Positions 50,501-59,451 of a stretch of 64,000 bases of DNA are shown in pieces (within the stretch, counting starts at the first letter, position 1; every line of letters starts with the position of its first letter). This DNA comes from Phoronis australis (Eukaryota > Animalia > Phoronida), in assembly GCA_002633005.1 (NCBI GenBank), contig NMRA01000251.1, positions 311,997 through 375,996 on the forward strand, given 5' to 3'. The position numbers were made by a program, and so were the translations under genes. Below the pieces are notes generated by a model, which saw only the letters and a program-made list of their open reading frames with translations, searched no databases and had not been told where the DNA came from.

Positions 50501-50605
50501 AAAGAGGGTCGGAAGCTGGAGATTGAAAGACAGAAGAAGCTAGAGCAAGAAAAAGCTGACTTAGAAATGGCCATCGCTTTGAGCAAAGCCGAGTCACAAG
50601 CTTGA
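14506..50605 (+). CDS. EPS15: Epidermal growth factor receptor substrate 15 (EPS15/EPS15L1 family), multi-exon gene: 19 coding exons traced, first (ATG) exon not found
   Basis: Manual splicing at GT-AG sites with consistent phases gives an open frame of about 882 aa. It has 3 EH domains ([24 protein letters not shown]), a coiled coil, about 19 DPF motifs, PALPPK and a UIM-type C-terminus ([17 protein letters not shown]), which is the canonical Eps15 architecture. Confidence 0.96.
14814..14903 (+). CDS. EPS15: EPS15 exon (EH1) [30 protein letters not shown]
   Basis: acag/gtatga boundaries, 90 nt; DAA.F.KKSGL motif. Confidence 0.93.
15319..15688. repeat. Tandem repeat, 127-130-bp unit, about 3 copies
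   Basis: cactttgagcaaaa...tggctaaa starts at 15319, 15446 and 15576. Confidence 0.93.
16595..16738 (+). CDS. EPS15: EPS15 exon (EH1) [31 protein letters not shown]...PKL
   Basis: tcag/gtgagt, 144 nt; EH signature IWDLAD...F.VALKLIA.AQ. Confidence 0.95.
17245..17282 (-). mobile_element. Solitary Tc1/mariner-type terminal inverted repeat
   Basis: Minus strand TA-CAGGGTGTCCCAAAA, a typical Tc1/mariner terminus; partner end not found. Confidence 0.5.
18818..18871 (+). CDS. EPS15: EPS15 exon [18 protein letters not shown]
   Basis: ttcag/gtaagt, 54 nt; PW motif preceding EH2. Confidence 0.88.
18914..19245. mobile_element. Degenerate MITE (CAGG.GCGGATCTAGG...G-run type)
   Basis: Left end caggtgcggatctagga, right end ccctaaatccg, internal G/C runs; a related left end sits at 6715. 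Confidence 0.45.
19671..19742. repeat. 72-bp palindromic mini-element; half copies at about 20174, 28072 and 29757
   Basis: 32-bp arms with 2 mismatches, 8-nt loop. Confidence 0.85.
19929..20012 (+). CDS. EPS15: EPS15 exon (EH2) [28 protein letters not shown]
   Basis: cacag/gtaagt, 84 nt; KYD.IF.SL.P...L.GDKVKP motif. Confidence 0.95.
20520..20621 (+). CDS. EPS15: EPS15 exon (EH2) [34 protein letters not shown]
   Basis: catag/gtgaga, 102 nt; EF-hand/EH signature. Confidence 0.96.
21696..21887 (+). CDS. EPS15: EPS15 exon [30 protein letters not shown]...
   Basis: tacag/gtgagt, 192 nt; conserved EH2 C-terminal motif. Confidence 0.95.
22329..22492 (+). CDS. EPS15: EPS15 exon (EH3) [55 protein letters not shown]
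   Basis: gtag/gtgagc, 164 nt, phase 0/2. Confidence 0.95.
22439..23833. other. Single-N junction duplication (22439-23146 vs 23148-23833), probable uncollapsed haplotypes
   Basis: Near-identical tandem copies separated by one N; the second copy starts mid-exon. Confidence 0.85.
22493..24000. repeat. Degenerate intronic minisatellite (about 39-40-bp units, ttattgaatcctgtaggctgaagtggaactcagtgag-like)
   Basis: Recurrent motif starting at the exon donor; partly doubled by the 23147 junction. Confidence 0.75.
24622..24778 (+). CDS. EPS15: EPS15 exon (EH3) [46 protein letters not shown]...
   Basis: ttcag/gtgggt, 157 nt, phase 2/0. Confidence 0.95.
27135..27309 (-). CDS. FAM187A: FAM187A-like exon 7 ([18 protein letters not shown] helix [18 protein letters not shown], basic tail, stop)
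   Basis: Polypyrimidine-cag acceptor, phase 2, TAG at 27137-27135. Confidence 0.88.
27135..39086 (-). CDS. FAM187A: Ig-like V-type domain-containing protein FAM187A-like, 7-exon nested antisense gene, 432 aa type I membrane protein
   Basis: Exons 39086-38851, 36981-36741, 36134-35982, 33640-33442, 32737-32599, 31224-31069 and 27309-27135 splice in phase (1299 nt) from ATG to TAG. Motifs: LECGFC..., Ig [32 protein letters not shown]...C.IPC, a second Ig (W...RVLIDSGN...DEGIYSCW) and a TM helix. The order matches vertebrate FAM187A as I recall it. Confidence 0.85.
29192..29307 (+). mobile_element. 5' end of a TA-targeting (pogo/mariner-like, CCGTA terminus) DNA transposon, truncated at N
   Basis: Starts cacaTA|CCGTAATCG with repeated ttaaccgccc subterminal motifs; the other copy (32040) has the empty TA site. 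Confidence 0.65.
31069..31224 (-). CDS. FAM187A: FAM187A-like exon 6 (YIKWKN...[24 protein letters not shown])
   Basis: tccag/gtactt, 156 nt, phase 2/2; second copy at 28219-28374. Confidence 0.88.
32599..32737 (-). CDS. FAM187A: FAM187A-like exon 5 (…GKRATIQCP, start of Ig domain 2)
   Basis: taaag/gtgagt, 139 nt, phase 1/2. Confidence 0.8.
33442..33640 (-). CDS. FAM187A: FAM187A-like exon 4 ([10 protein letters not shown]...GLCFIPCP)
   Basis: Weak aaaag acceptor, gtacat donor, 199 nt, phase 0/1. Confidence 0.78.
34042..34460 (+). mobile_element. 5'-truncated non-LTR retrotransposon 3' end (R1/LOA-like CCHC domain and 3' UTR)
   Basis: [10 protein letters not shown]...G...CPECG...ESPEHL.SCPAF, followed by a gtgcaatgggcc..ggcc-type 3' UTR. 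Confidence 0.75.
34420..36138. other. Single-N junction duplication (34420-35278 vs 35280-36138)
   Basis: 860-bp offset, near-identical copies, N at 35279. Confidence 0.88.
35982..36134 (-). CDS. FAM187A: FAM187A-like exon 3 ([28 protein letters not shown])
   Basis: aatag/gtaaga, 153 nt, phase 0/0; near-identical second copy at 35122-35274. Confidence 0.88.
36741..36981 (-). CDS. FAM187A: FAM187A-like exon 2 (Ig domain 1: IYWYR...[15 protein letters not shown])
   Basis: tctag/gtatct, 241 nt, phase 2/0; canonical Ig W and D-x-G-x-Y-x-C. Confidence 0.9.
36898..38558. other. Single-N junction duplication (36898-37611 vs 37846-38558)
   Basis: N at 37845; the first copy continues into a transposon end. 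Confidence 0.88.
37612..37844 (+). mobile_element. 5' end of a THAP-encoding DNA transposon (ISL2EU/PIF-Harbinger-group-like), truncated at N
   Basis: Inserted after gaaAT relative to the empty site at 38558; terminus AGCGGATTTGCAG; ORF from 37718 [19 protein letters not shown]...LSFYVFP...LREKWI is a THAP zinc-finger N-half. Confidence 0.75.
38851..39086 (-). CDS. FAM187A: FAM187A-like exon 1 (signal peptide to LECGFC)
   Basis: ATG, hydrophobic N-terminus [14 protein letters not shown], gtgagt donor, phase 2. Confidence 0.85.
39586..39665 (+). CDS. EPS15: EPS15 exon [27 protein letters not shown]
   Basis: tgcag/gtgagc, 80 nt, phase 0/2; KELD.IS.EI start of coiled coil. Confidence 0.92.
40267..40438 (+). 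CDS. EPS15: EPS15 coiled-coil exon [23 protein letters not shown]...[12 protein letters not shown]
   Basis: ttcag/gtaaca, 172 nt, phase 2/0. Confidence 0.95.
41613..41675 (+). CDS. EPS15: EPS15 coiled-coil exon [21 protein letters not shown]
   Basis: tctag/gtatta, 63 nt. Confidence 0.9.
43196..43393 (+). CDS. EPS15: EPS15 coiled-coil exon [13 protein letters not shown]...TQIQISQ
   Basis: tacag/gtgagg, 198 nt; heptad-rich. Confidence 0.94.
43748..43897 (+). CDS. EPS15: EPS15 exon [28 protein letters not shown]...STQAT
   Basis: ttcag/gtaggt, 150 nt, open frame continuing the coiled coil. Confidence 0.88.
44666..45137. other. Assembly gap (N run)
   Basis: N run. Confidence 1.
46159..46324 (+). 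CDS. EPS15: EPS15 DPF-repeat exon (5 DPF)
   Basis: tgcag/gtaagt, 166 nt, phase 0/1. Confidence 0.92.
47183..47353 (+). CDS. EPS15: EPS15 DPF-repeat exon (5 DPF)
   Basis: tacag/gtgagt, 171 nt, phase 1/1. Confidence 0.92.
47739..47870. repeat. 66-bp tandem duplication (2 copies, 1 mismatch)
   Basis: tgggggcgatggtgcc...catcctgtgac at 47739 and 47805. Confidence 0.95.
48315..48391 (+). CDS. EPS15: EPS15 DPF exon [25 protein letters not shown]
   Basis: ttcag(cag)/gtaggt, 77 nt, phase 1/0. Confidence 0.88.
49274..49669 (+). CDS. EPS15: EPS15 DPF and proline-rich exon (7 [23 protein letters not shown])
   Basis: ttcag/gtgagt, 396 nt. Confidence 0.94.
50462..50605 (+). CDS. EPS15: EPS15 terminal exon with UIM region [15 protein letters not shown]...[20 protein letters not shown]
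   Basis: ggcag acceptor, TGA stop; matches the Eps15 C-terminal UIM pattern. Confidence 0.95.
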   Translation, partial: FGVSEDDQLEWAKKEGRKLEIERQKKLEQEKADLEMAIALSKAESQA

Positions 50606-50960
50606 GCAATGCCTAGTTGCAAACTTTTGTGGTATGCCGAGTAACTAGCTTGCATAGGACTGAGTCACAAGCTTGCGCAGGACTGAGTCCCTAGCTTGTA
50701 CAGGGCTCAGTTACAAGTTTGAGCATGGTTGAGTCAAAGTGAAAAGCCTGTGGAAAGTTGGAGCTCAAGCTTGGGCAAGACAAAGTGATGAGCTTGAGAA
50801 TGATCGAATCCTAAGCTTGTGTTAGGATGTCGGGGTGCACTTGTTTGAGCAATGCCTTGCCTCAAGCTTGAGCTGAAAAATGTCATGAGATTAAGCAAGG
50901 CAGTCACATGCTTGCCCAAAATTATCTTAAGCTTAACAGAGTATTGACATAAGCTTGAGT
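50579..50960 (+). repeat. Degenerate ~23-bp tandem repeat starting in the last EPS15 codons and running into the 3' UTR
   Basis: Units such as ttgagcaaagccgagtcacaagc, ttgcataggactgagtcacaagc, ttgcgcaggactgagtccctagc. Confidence 0.75.
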
Positions 50961-53900
50961 ATACGAATATGACCGATTCTCAGGCCTGACTAATGCAATG
51001 TAACGATCAGGTGTTAACCTAAGTCTCCAGTGTGGGTTGGGCCAAATGCGAGGAGGCACCCCTAAGAATTGTTATATATGTACTAACTGTGAGCTGCAGT
51101 CACAGGAACTCTGAAGTAAAATACTGCATTAATTTATTGAAGGCTGTGCTGTGTTTTGTGCCAGTCCGTACTCAGTTGTCAGCTTAAAAATGAATTATTG
51201 TCTTGTACAGTAATTTTTAGCAATAATAAGGACAAGGTCCGCTGGCTTCATTATTTCTGCACCTTTTAGTACTTGGGAGCCTTACATTTCAAACTGGCCA
51301 AATGTGTCTCAGAGACTATGTTGTTTGAGAGAAAGTGTGCTCTTAATGTTGAGCTTGAAATTTAAGGAGGTGCGAGGTAAATAACTGACAAATATGATAT
51401 ATGCGTGAGTTTGGTAATCAGTAAGGACTTTCATCCCATAAACGCCCTCATACTGCTGAACAATTTTCTGGAAAGTTACTGGAAAGGGGATTAGATTGTC
51501 ATAAGCGCCATCTGGTGAACATAAAGGTTTGGTCTATTGTGTTGTTTGGTTGGTCATTGTGACAAATGTTGCTGTTTATTTACTAAACTTTTGTTGTTGC
51601 CTCATCCCATGTGCTTGCTGGTGATCAGCAGCCAGGACATTTGAAGTGCTTAAAACCTCCATTTACCTTGTTTTGACGAGTAACAACATTGTCAGTGTCA
51701 TTAAACCTCCCTTTATGGCTGGGCATGTCAAATGTGAATTCAATATTCCAAAAACGAGAAAAAAGTTTCTTAGCTGCGCCAATGTGAGTGTGAGTATGAA
51801 TGTTCCCGTCACCAGTGTGTCCTGTCACCAGTGTGTCATGTCCGTCAACATGGCAGTTTCTTGTACAATTGTGGGCCATGTCCGCGCTTCTTTGATATCA
51901 CTTGAGAAAGTGAAAAGAGCCACAGCGTGCATAAATACTGAGTTGGCACAACCACCACAAACGACATTCTTTGTTATACCATGAACTAGGGAGAACGAGC
52001 AGCAGTATTTGTCGACCTTTCACACTAAACACAACCGAGGATGACTAGCGCTGTGATTCGTTGGTCTGGTTTTATGTAGTCGACCAATAAATGCTTCTAA
52101 CTTAACATCTGATAATTAAAATATCGTCAGATAGTTTTTGCACTGGGTTGTTTTTTTGATATAAAATTGGTAATTTTAAGCACTTTAATATAATTGAAAT
52201 TAAGTTTAGCAATTGGGGGTGTGATAAGCTGAGGGTGGTTCAGTCAGTCTCTTGACATGAAGTGTTGTGTCACCAGACATTTCATGTCATTCACACTATG
52301 GCAAGTATGGTAGCCACTCTACATAATTATTTCTACAAAATTAAGTAATTATCTTTAAAGAGGCAGGGGTGAGCAAATATTCTATTTGAAATAGAATAAT
52401 ATTGTGAGCCCAATGTTGGAAATGCAAGGCAGTTAAAAATTGTTGGTAAAGTATTTGGAGGTATCAAATATCACTTTTTTCGAGATAATGTGGGGCAGTA
52501 GGGGATATATGAATTGTCCAGATGTGATAAACTATGGTACATTGTACTAGACATAGTTTTGGATGAGTAGAAAGTAAAAATGCCTCCTCCCCCCGCCTCC
52601 TTGCACCATGTACAGTTAACAGAAACTTAAGGTAAACTATTGTCTTTATTAACTAATTTTGGTGTGCTAAAATTTAGAACTTGTGAAATTGTAGAGCAGG
52701 CATCATACTTGTAGGCTGTCAGAATTGAAGTGCTTCATGTTCCTGAAACTTTTGGTTCTGTGGTTGTTCCATTTTCAAGTTGAAATACTTGGAACAGTAG
52801 GAGCACTTATTGTTTGTCGGTTCTCTTGCATCTATTTTGACCACTAATGCCTTCGGGCGGTGCTCGTTGATAAACGGTCGAATCACGTTACAACGGACTT
52901 CCCGAGCTTTTGCCCCACTCAAATCGGCTTATATACTGGTTACATTGCCATTGACTTGGGAGCCTGTTGAGTGGAATGTTGCACGCATTGTGAGCGCCAT
53001 TTGATGATAGTCGTCATTTTAGAAAGAAATTTATGATGGATCTCGGAAGTGGTAAATGTTTAAATCATTCAGTTTGGTCATCCAAGAAGATGTTAAGTTC
53101 CTGGGTGAGGCTTGCTTATTGTCTAGATAATCAGTTGATGTGCAATCGTGGTTGTTATCGCATAATAAGGCTTCTCAATCTAGTTAAAAGCCGCTGCAAA
53201 ACATTTTCTTGTGTGACAAACAACTTTTCTCCTCTAAAAGCAACATCATCGAAGTCTTATCTTTTAAATTAAAGAGGTTACAGTAAAATGTCAGGGATTC
53301 ACCTGCCCACTGTACTGCTTCCTGTAATTCGGAAACTAACCCCCCCTCTTGATAAGCAAAGTAACTATGTGTCTGGTCTGATGTGTATGGACCTGTCACT
53401 TCTTGTAGCACTTTGAAATCAGTTCTAATCTGAGTAAAGATCAAAATGAGACCAAATTTATAATTTCAGTAACTGACTGAAATCAAAAGTTTTTTGACAG
53501 GTGTCGGTAATTGCGCCACTAAAAGTACCAAGTACATGTTGTCCACCGTCTGTATTGTACATCCACTGTGGATATCTGCTGATGACCAGTGTGTGATGAC
53601 TAGCACTGTGTAAACAGGCTCTGTTTAGTTTCTCGATTCCAGAAATTGGGACACGGGCGCAGTTTGGTGTTCGTCTTATTTTTCGAATTTGCGTTTCCGT
53701 AGGCTGGAGTTAACGAGTCCATCCTTTCAGTTCATATTTGATTTTTGACGTTTGTCAGTTTTACGACTAAAATTTTTTACAGCGTTAGGTTATCTAGGAC
53801 CTTAATAAATGACCTCAATTCTAAGTCAACGATTGAAAAGTATGCTTTGTCAGCCATTAAAAGTACATATTTTCTGCAGGGAGAAATATCGGGAAGTCTA

Positions 53901-56524
53901 AAATTTTGCTTCTTCATTACTAAAGTGTCATTATTGTCACGTGACCACGTTTTTAAGTCAAATTTGCGTGTGCAAGAAGGGTACCTTCATAGCAAAATAA
54001 CCCCCCCCCAAGCCGATTTTCAGTACTAAATGAAAACTTAACCTTACTAGGTCTCACTAAATACGCTGTTACGAATTTTTGATTATTCACTTACTTCGGG
54101 TTTTAATAGTAATAGTCCTTTTTTGTTTTGTTGAATTTTGTTCCAGCGCTGCATGACTTTACGACTTCGTTGTTTTTCGTGTCCTTTGAAACAACATCCA
54201 TTGTGCTTTCTCTCCTGGGGCCTGTGAATTTGCTTTGTTTTGTGAAGCTCGCCTCTTAGCATTTGTGCTGTAGTGTGGATGGCGAGCAATTTCATTTGTA
54301 CGTAATGATTTATGTTACAAGTTATTCATATACAAGTTATTGAATAAATTATATCTAATTATATATGTACATTGCAATTATCATTATACACAAATACCTA
54401 TAGTAGATGAAATGTTTGCTTGACCCGTTACTCTGGTCTATTCGCCGATGGCTTGTCCGTTTTTACTACTTATCAAACAGTTAACGGGAGGACTGTCGAC
54501 GGTGGTGGACCATCCGAGGTTAGCAAGCGGGCAACTCGGGACGGTCAGAAAACTTCAAACCTTTCTGCTCGATTACTCTTGATGGTATTTTAATCCTACA
54601 GCGTTAAGATACCAGTAGCCTGAACAATTAAGACGTTTGATTTCATTTTTCTCCTTTTTCGTGGACGGAAACAGTACCAGTGGTAATAGTGTGTCCAGCG
54701 CAGGGAGGTACTCCTTGACGCCCCGAAATTCGCTTCACAATAATAATAGCGTTGTGGCTCATTAGAATTAACTCGTGTTGATCAAGAGTGCGAATACAAT
54801 GGGAAAATGTACACGAAGTGTAATTATGCTGGGAGACCACACTGATTTGTTTTACCAGTGGGTTGTTTGTGCATGACCGATCTCTAACGAAGGCTCTCTG
54901 GTCGTTCAAGGGGGAATAATTCAATACATTTTTCAAATGTTTTGAGGTTGATGGGCTTACACTGTAAAAGCGTTATCTAATATTCGAACATGCGCAATCG
55001 CTAAATCGATTCGATTTTAAATCCATATCATAAGTGAAGTGGGACCAAGCCAGCGAAGTGACAAGACATTGATGGGTCGTTTTTAATTTGAAACGATGGA
55101 AAAATCCTAGAAGGTACTGCATGGAGATGTCAGTTTTATGAAGAAGTCTTAGCAAGTGTTCAATATGCTGGTATTAAATTAACTGCTGACAGAAAGATGT
55201 TGAATGATATGTAAATTTGCTATTAACACGGTTCAACCTGCAATTTAACACGCCAAATGATACGCTTATCAGCTCCTTTCGGACATTTAAAATATTCGAG
55301 TCTTGAAAAGCTGCACATATCAAAACACAAAGAAGGCTCGCTATAATTTATTTTATTCATGGAATTTATTAAATCACGGCCTACGCATCCAAAATTAGAG
55401 AGTTCATTGACTCACAAACTCGTGTCTAGATTTACAACACGGCGCACGGAGTCGATGTCCGCGTATCGTTTTAGGCAACAGACGTAAGAAGCGAGGAGGG
55501 GTTACGTGCCTTCAATAATTTCCAGGCGAGTTAGTGAAACTCGTAGTGACCGGCTTAGGGAACTGTCGAGGAAAGAAAAGCACAGCGATGTATGTACATG
55601 TAGAGACCAATGATAAATTTATGCTATAAGAGTCCTAGCCAGAGCATTTTTGCGTTCCCCCGGTTTTAAAGTTTTGCACGCATGCTTCGAATTAGAGAAA
55701 ATAAATTATGCACAGGTGTTCTTTAGCAAATTGATCACATATTTGAATTCAAAAAGTCTATAGGGAATGCAATACTGTATTTTCTATGGACCCCTCAATG
55801 TAAGGTACAACGCAGTTCGCCGTTTCCCCGACGATTTTTCTTTGAAATTGTACATATAAATCCCAGCTCTTAGAGGGGGGCCTACAAGTGGCAACCAAGG
55901 TCACCTGACGTTTTTCTTATTTATATCGTTTTTGGGGCTACTCGAGGTATTCCAATGGTGAAAACGGTTGCCTCTCTTGTTTTTCTGAAATCATGCAACT
56001 TTTTATGTTAAGGAATGTGACTCGAATGTGGAAGGTTGATGACCCCGTGAGGGACTCTCTGGGATGGAATCAACTTTCACTTTTCCAGTTGTTGAAATGA
56101 GTTAACCTTTCATAATACACTTAGTACTTCAGTGGGCAACATGTGTTCCACATTAAGGGACTTTTTAGGAGGGTTGGCACAGCCACCCGATAAATTTGGT
56201 TCCCTGTCACTGAACTATACTCAAGAGATGAAGTAGAAAAAATTCAAATTGTTCATGAAGACCACAGGATGACATGCGAACCACAGTAGCATCAGGCATG
56301 CGGCACAAACAATAAACACGTGAGCCAATTAAAACAGAATAGCACTGACAGGAGTAGAAAGCTAAAAGAACTAAAATACCATTATTTGTGAATTACGCAA
56401 TGACATTAATGGTTTCAGTTATAACGACAAAATAACCTTTCTTTTCCCAAAATCGAATGAAAATATTTCTTTTAAAGACCAATCGTACAGGTAGGTAACT
56501 CATTGTGTCGATCAAATTGCCATG

Positions 56525-57199
56525 GGTAATACCTGTAATACCTGTCACAGACAGGATCATTGGGAATATGCTGGTGCATTAATCCCCTCCCCAGACCATC
56601 CCCGTGACAGCAGAAGGCGCAGAACTCCAGGGCTGACGTTGCCTGTAAGCATTTGATTAGACAGCACTCGGGCACGGCTCTTCTTGTGTATTCTTCGCAG
56701 CATGGCCATAAATAATACCGGCTTCGAGCAGGCGGCTGCCATCATTGAACTCAGCCAGTTGGGATGCAGTCTGCTCGAGGTTGCGTTTGCGGGCCAGCAG
56801 CTTAACGTCAGCCAAATATAAGTAGAGGGGTTGGTTGGTGGTGCATGAGCCAGCGAGGTAATCTGCACGCTCATTAATCAAGACACCGGCGTGGCCAGGT
56901 ACGAAAGACTAGATCACTACATGATGAGGGTGGCGTGATCGGAAGACACCCCAGTTGGCTGGGAGGTTTCCAGATTGAATTTTCATCAACACTGCCATGG
57001 AATCGGTGGCAAAGATAATGGTGTGATTCTCCAGGTCTAGGAGTGACCTGAGCTTGATTAGGGCACGTTGTATAGCCTCAAACTCCATCCGCGTACTGCT
57101 TGTGTATACATGGTGGCAGCCACTACCTTCCGCAATGACGTTGTTAGCACAGCGTATTTGATAACCCCATCCCGCACGATTAGTTTCACCATCGAAGGA
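56525..57199 (-). mobile_element. Non-LTR retrotransposon 3' fragment with RNase H domain, truncated at N (57200)
   Basis: RNase H motifs GWG...SSTRMEFEAI...TDSMAVL...VPGHAGV.INERAD.LA, one in-frame stop and one frameshift; short taatacctg tandem tail near 56527. Confidence 0.8.
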
Positions 57200-59095
57200 N
57201 AGGAACTGCCAAAATTCGGCGAATGCACAATTCATAGCTCTGAACATACCCCGTGGATCTTTGTAAAAGGTCCACATTTTCAAAAGTTCGAGCCCCCATT
57301 TTTAGGCTGGGTGCGCGCATGGACCATGTAAAAGCAACTTCTGGTAGGAACCAAAATTTACATAAACACTAATGAGATCCGAAAAGTTCTTGGGGCCGGG
57401 TAATGCCCCCAAACCGGTGTGCGGGGATTCCTCTTCTTCAACACACTCCCGGTTGCTCGTCACGTGCATTATTGTGTCCGCACACCCTTTCAGGACCTGC
57501 CAAACATTCCCATACTGTTATGTACGGATTTGTTAAAGTCATGTGACTAGACAAAATGCGCTCTGTGTTTACTTTATTTTGTAATTGTGTTGCTATGTGA
57601 TGTGTTCATCATATCTTGTAGCGTTTTTTTATTGGCCATCTTTCCAGAGGTTATAATTATTATTCATATTATTTTCCTCCCTGTTCTTTGTATTTGTATT
57701 CTGAAATAATAAATGGCCTTATTTCGCCAACCTCCATATTGTCCTTTTCATCTCTGGTAACGAGTTAGTTACGCACGTATTTTTTGTCGTTGGTACATAT
57801 GCCCACCATAAAATATGTGAAATTCATAGATGATGAACCCAAAAGTCAAAATTTTATCCTAACTGCGTAATATGCTCAAGGTTACCCGTTCTCGTGAAAT
57901 TTGGTAGAAGCATGAGTGTCTTCACGGGCCTTGCCCTAAAAGTGTCCGCCAGTATGCCTATAGAAAATGAGAGGTTTATGCTACAAATGAGGGGGTGGAG
58001 GTAAAACTTTTGTGGGCGGGGGGATGTGCTCACATACTTTGATTTCATCCAAATCCCACTGAAGCAAACCAACCACCATATGCCTATGTAGGTGGCCATG
58101 AGCAGTGCGTGTTCCTAAGTCGGTAGCTGTGTTTTGAGTGCAAAAGCCGTGTTTTGTGAGTCCGGGTCCGAAATTGGTGGTCAGTGTGCGTGCTCTTGAG
58201 TCGCTGAGCTAAGTTTTCCAGCCCGTGCGCGGTTTTACAGTGCCGCAGTTATGTTGTTCGGGGAAACGAGAAAATGGCCGACAGAAAACGTTCGTTTCAG
58301 TTGGAGTCACTGGCGTTCCAAGGAATGAGGCTAGTAACTTCAAGAGGCAATAAAACGAATGATCGCTTTCTGCCAAAGCATAATTTGACATGTTGTTATT
58401 GCTTCAGACTAGACCCATTGCGTTGCTTATCACGGAGGGTTAATTTCAGACGCCAAGGCCAGTATGAGAATTTAACGCGATTTACTGTAACCTATTTTAG
58501 TATAAAAAGTATCGATTCATCCGTAAATTGCTTATAAATCAATGACCATGATCAAATTAAGCCTACGTTGCTGGCCTATCTACTGTGTACTACACAGGCA
58601 CATAGAACGAACTCATCCGCGCGAACCCCGACCGTCTGCATGAACCATCGACTCATAAGTGCGAACCACCTTCTTTGATGAACCGAAGACATCGAGTGGT
58701 TTTTGGGAATTAGTCGTTACTTGTTGTGCTGTCTGGTACCCATGAATGCGATGACGGCGAATGGAAATAATACAGTGTTAGAGATAATTACGGTTTCCGC
58801 AATGTCGTAGACTGTTTTACAAACGTCCCGTTGTTTCGCATAGTCTTATAGGCTAATTATATTTCCAAAAACAACTCGTCGTATCTAGTGAGGTGCAGTT
58901 TGAAATACGTGGCCTTGCCTTTACTTTCTCCTTTCGTCAGAGAGTGAGAGTTGCGGTTCATGAAATAAGGCCGTAAGTAAAGTTATACGGTAAGTAAAAT
59001 AGAAGCAGCTCTTGAAAAAAGAACACAGCATGCGAGAACGCTCGTGGGTGAGGAAGTTCGAGACTTGTTGCATTGCATTCAACAAAACATACGGG

Positions 59096-59167
59096 CATGG
59101 GCGGCGCAGCACTGAAAAAAGTGGGCGGGCTATAGCCTCCCAGCCCCCCTGCGGTGCACCGCCCATG
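59096..59167. mobile_element. 72-bp mini-MITE remnant
   Basis: TIRs catgggcggcgca / tgcaccgcccatg; no TSD seen. Confidence 0.45.
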
Positions 59168-59451
59168 GTATTGCATGTATTGTTGGAAGCCGTTACTGAA
59201 CAAAATGAAACGCGATGTCAAGGCCAACAGCACTGCATTATAACTGCAAATCGATTTTGGTTGTCTCGGCCACCGAATCATCACATCCTAATAGATATTC
59301 ATTATTCATTCGTGAAAACAATACACGGACGAGTACGTTGCGCTAAAATCGACAAAGCGCAAAGATTTTCCGCTATGAAAACAAATAATAATGCCTTTAT
59401 GCTAAAATCGATGAATTTCTTTGGCGTTACATTTAGTACCTGGTGAATTCT

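Noticed and set aside
52086-54348. AATAAA hexamers as the EPS15 poly(A) signal (52086, 54343)
   Set aside because: Cannot choose between them in AT-rich sequence without transcript data
58274-58537. ORF MADRKRSFQ with a good Kozak-like start
   Set aside because: No recognisable domain or splice partner; possibly TE-derived
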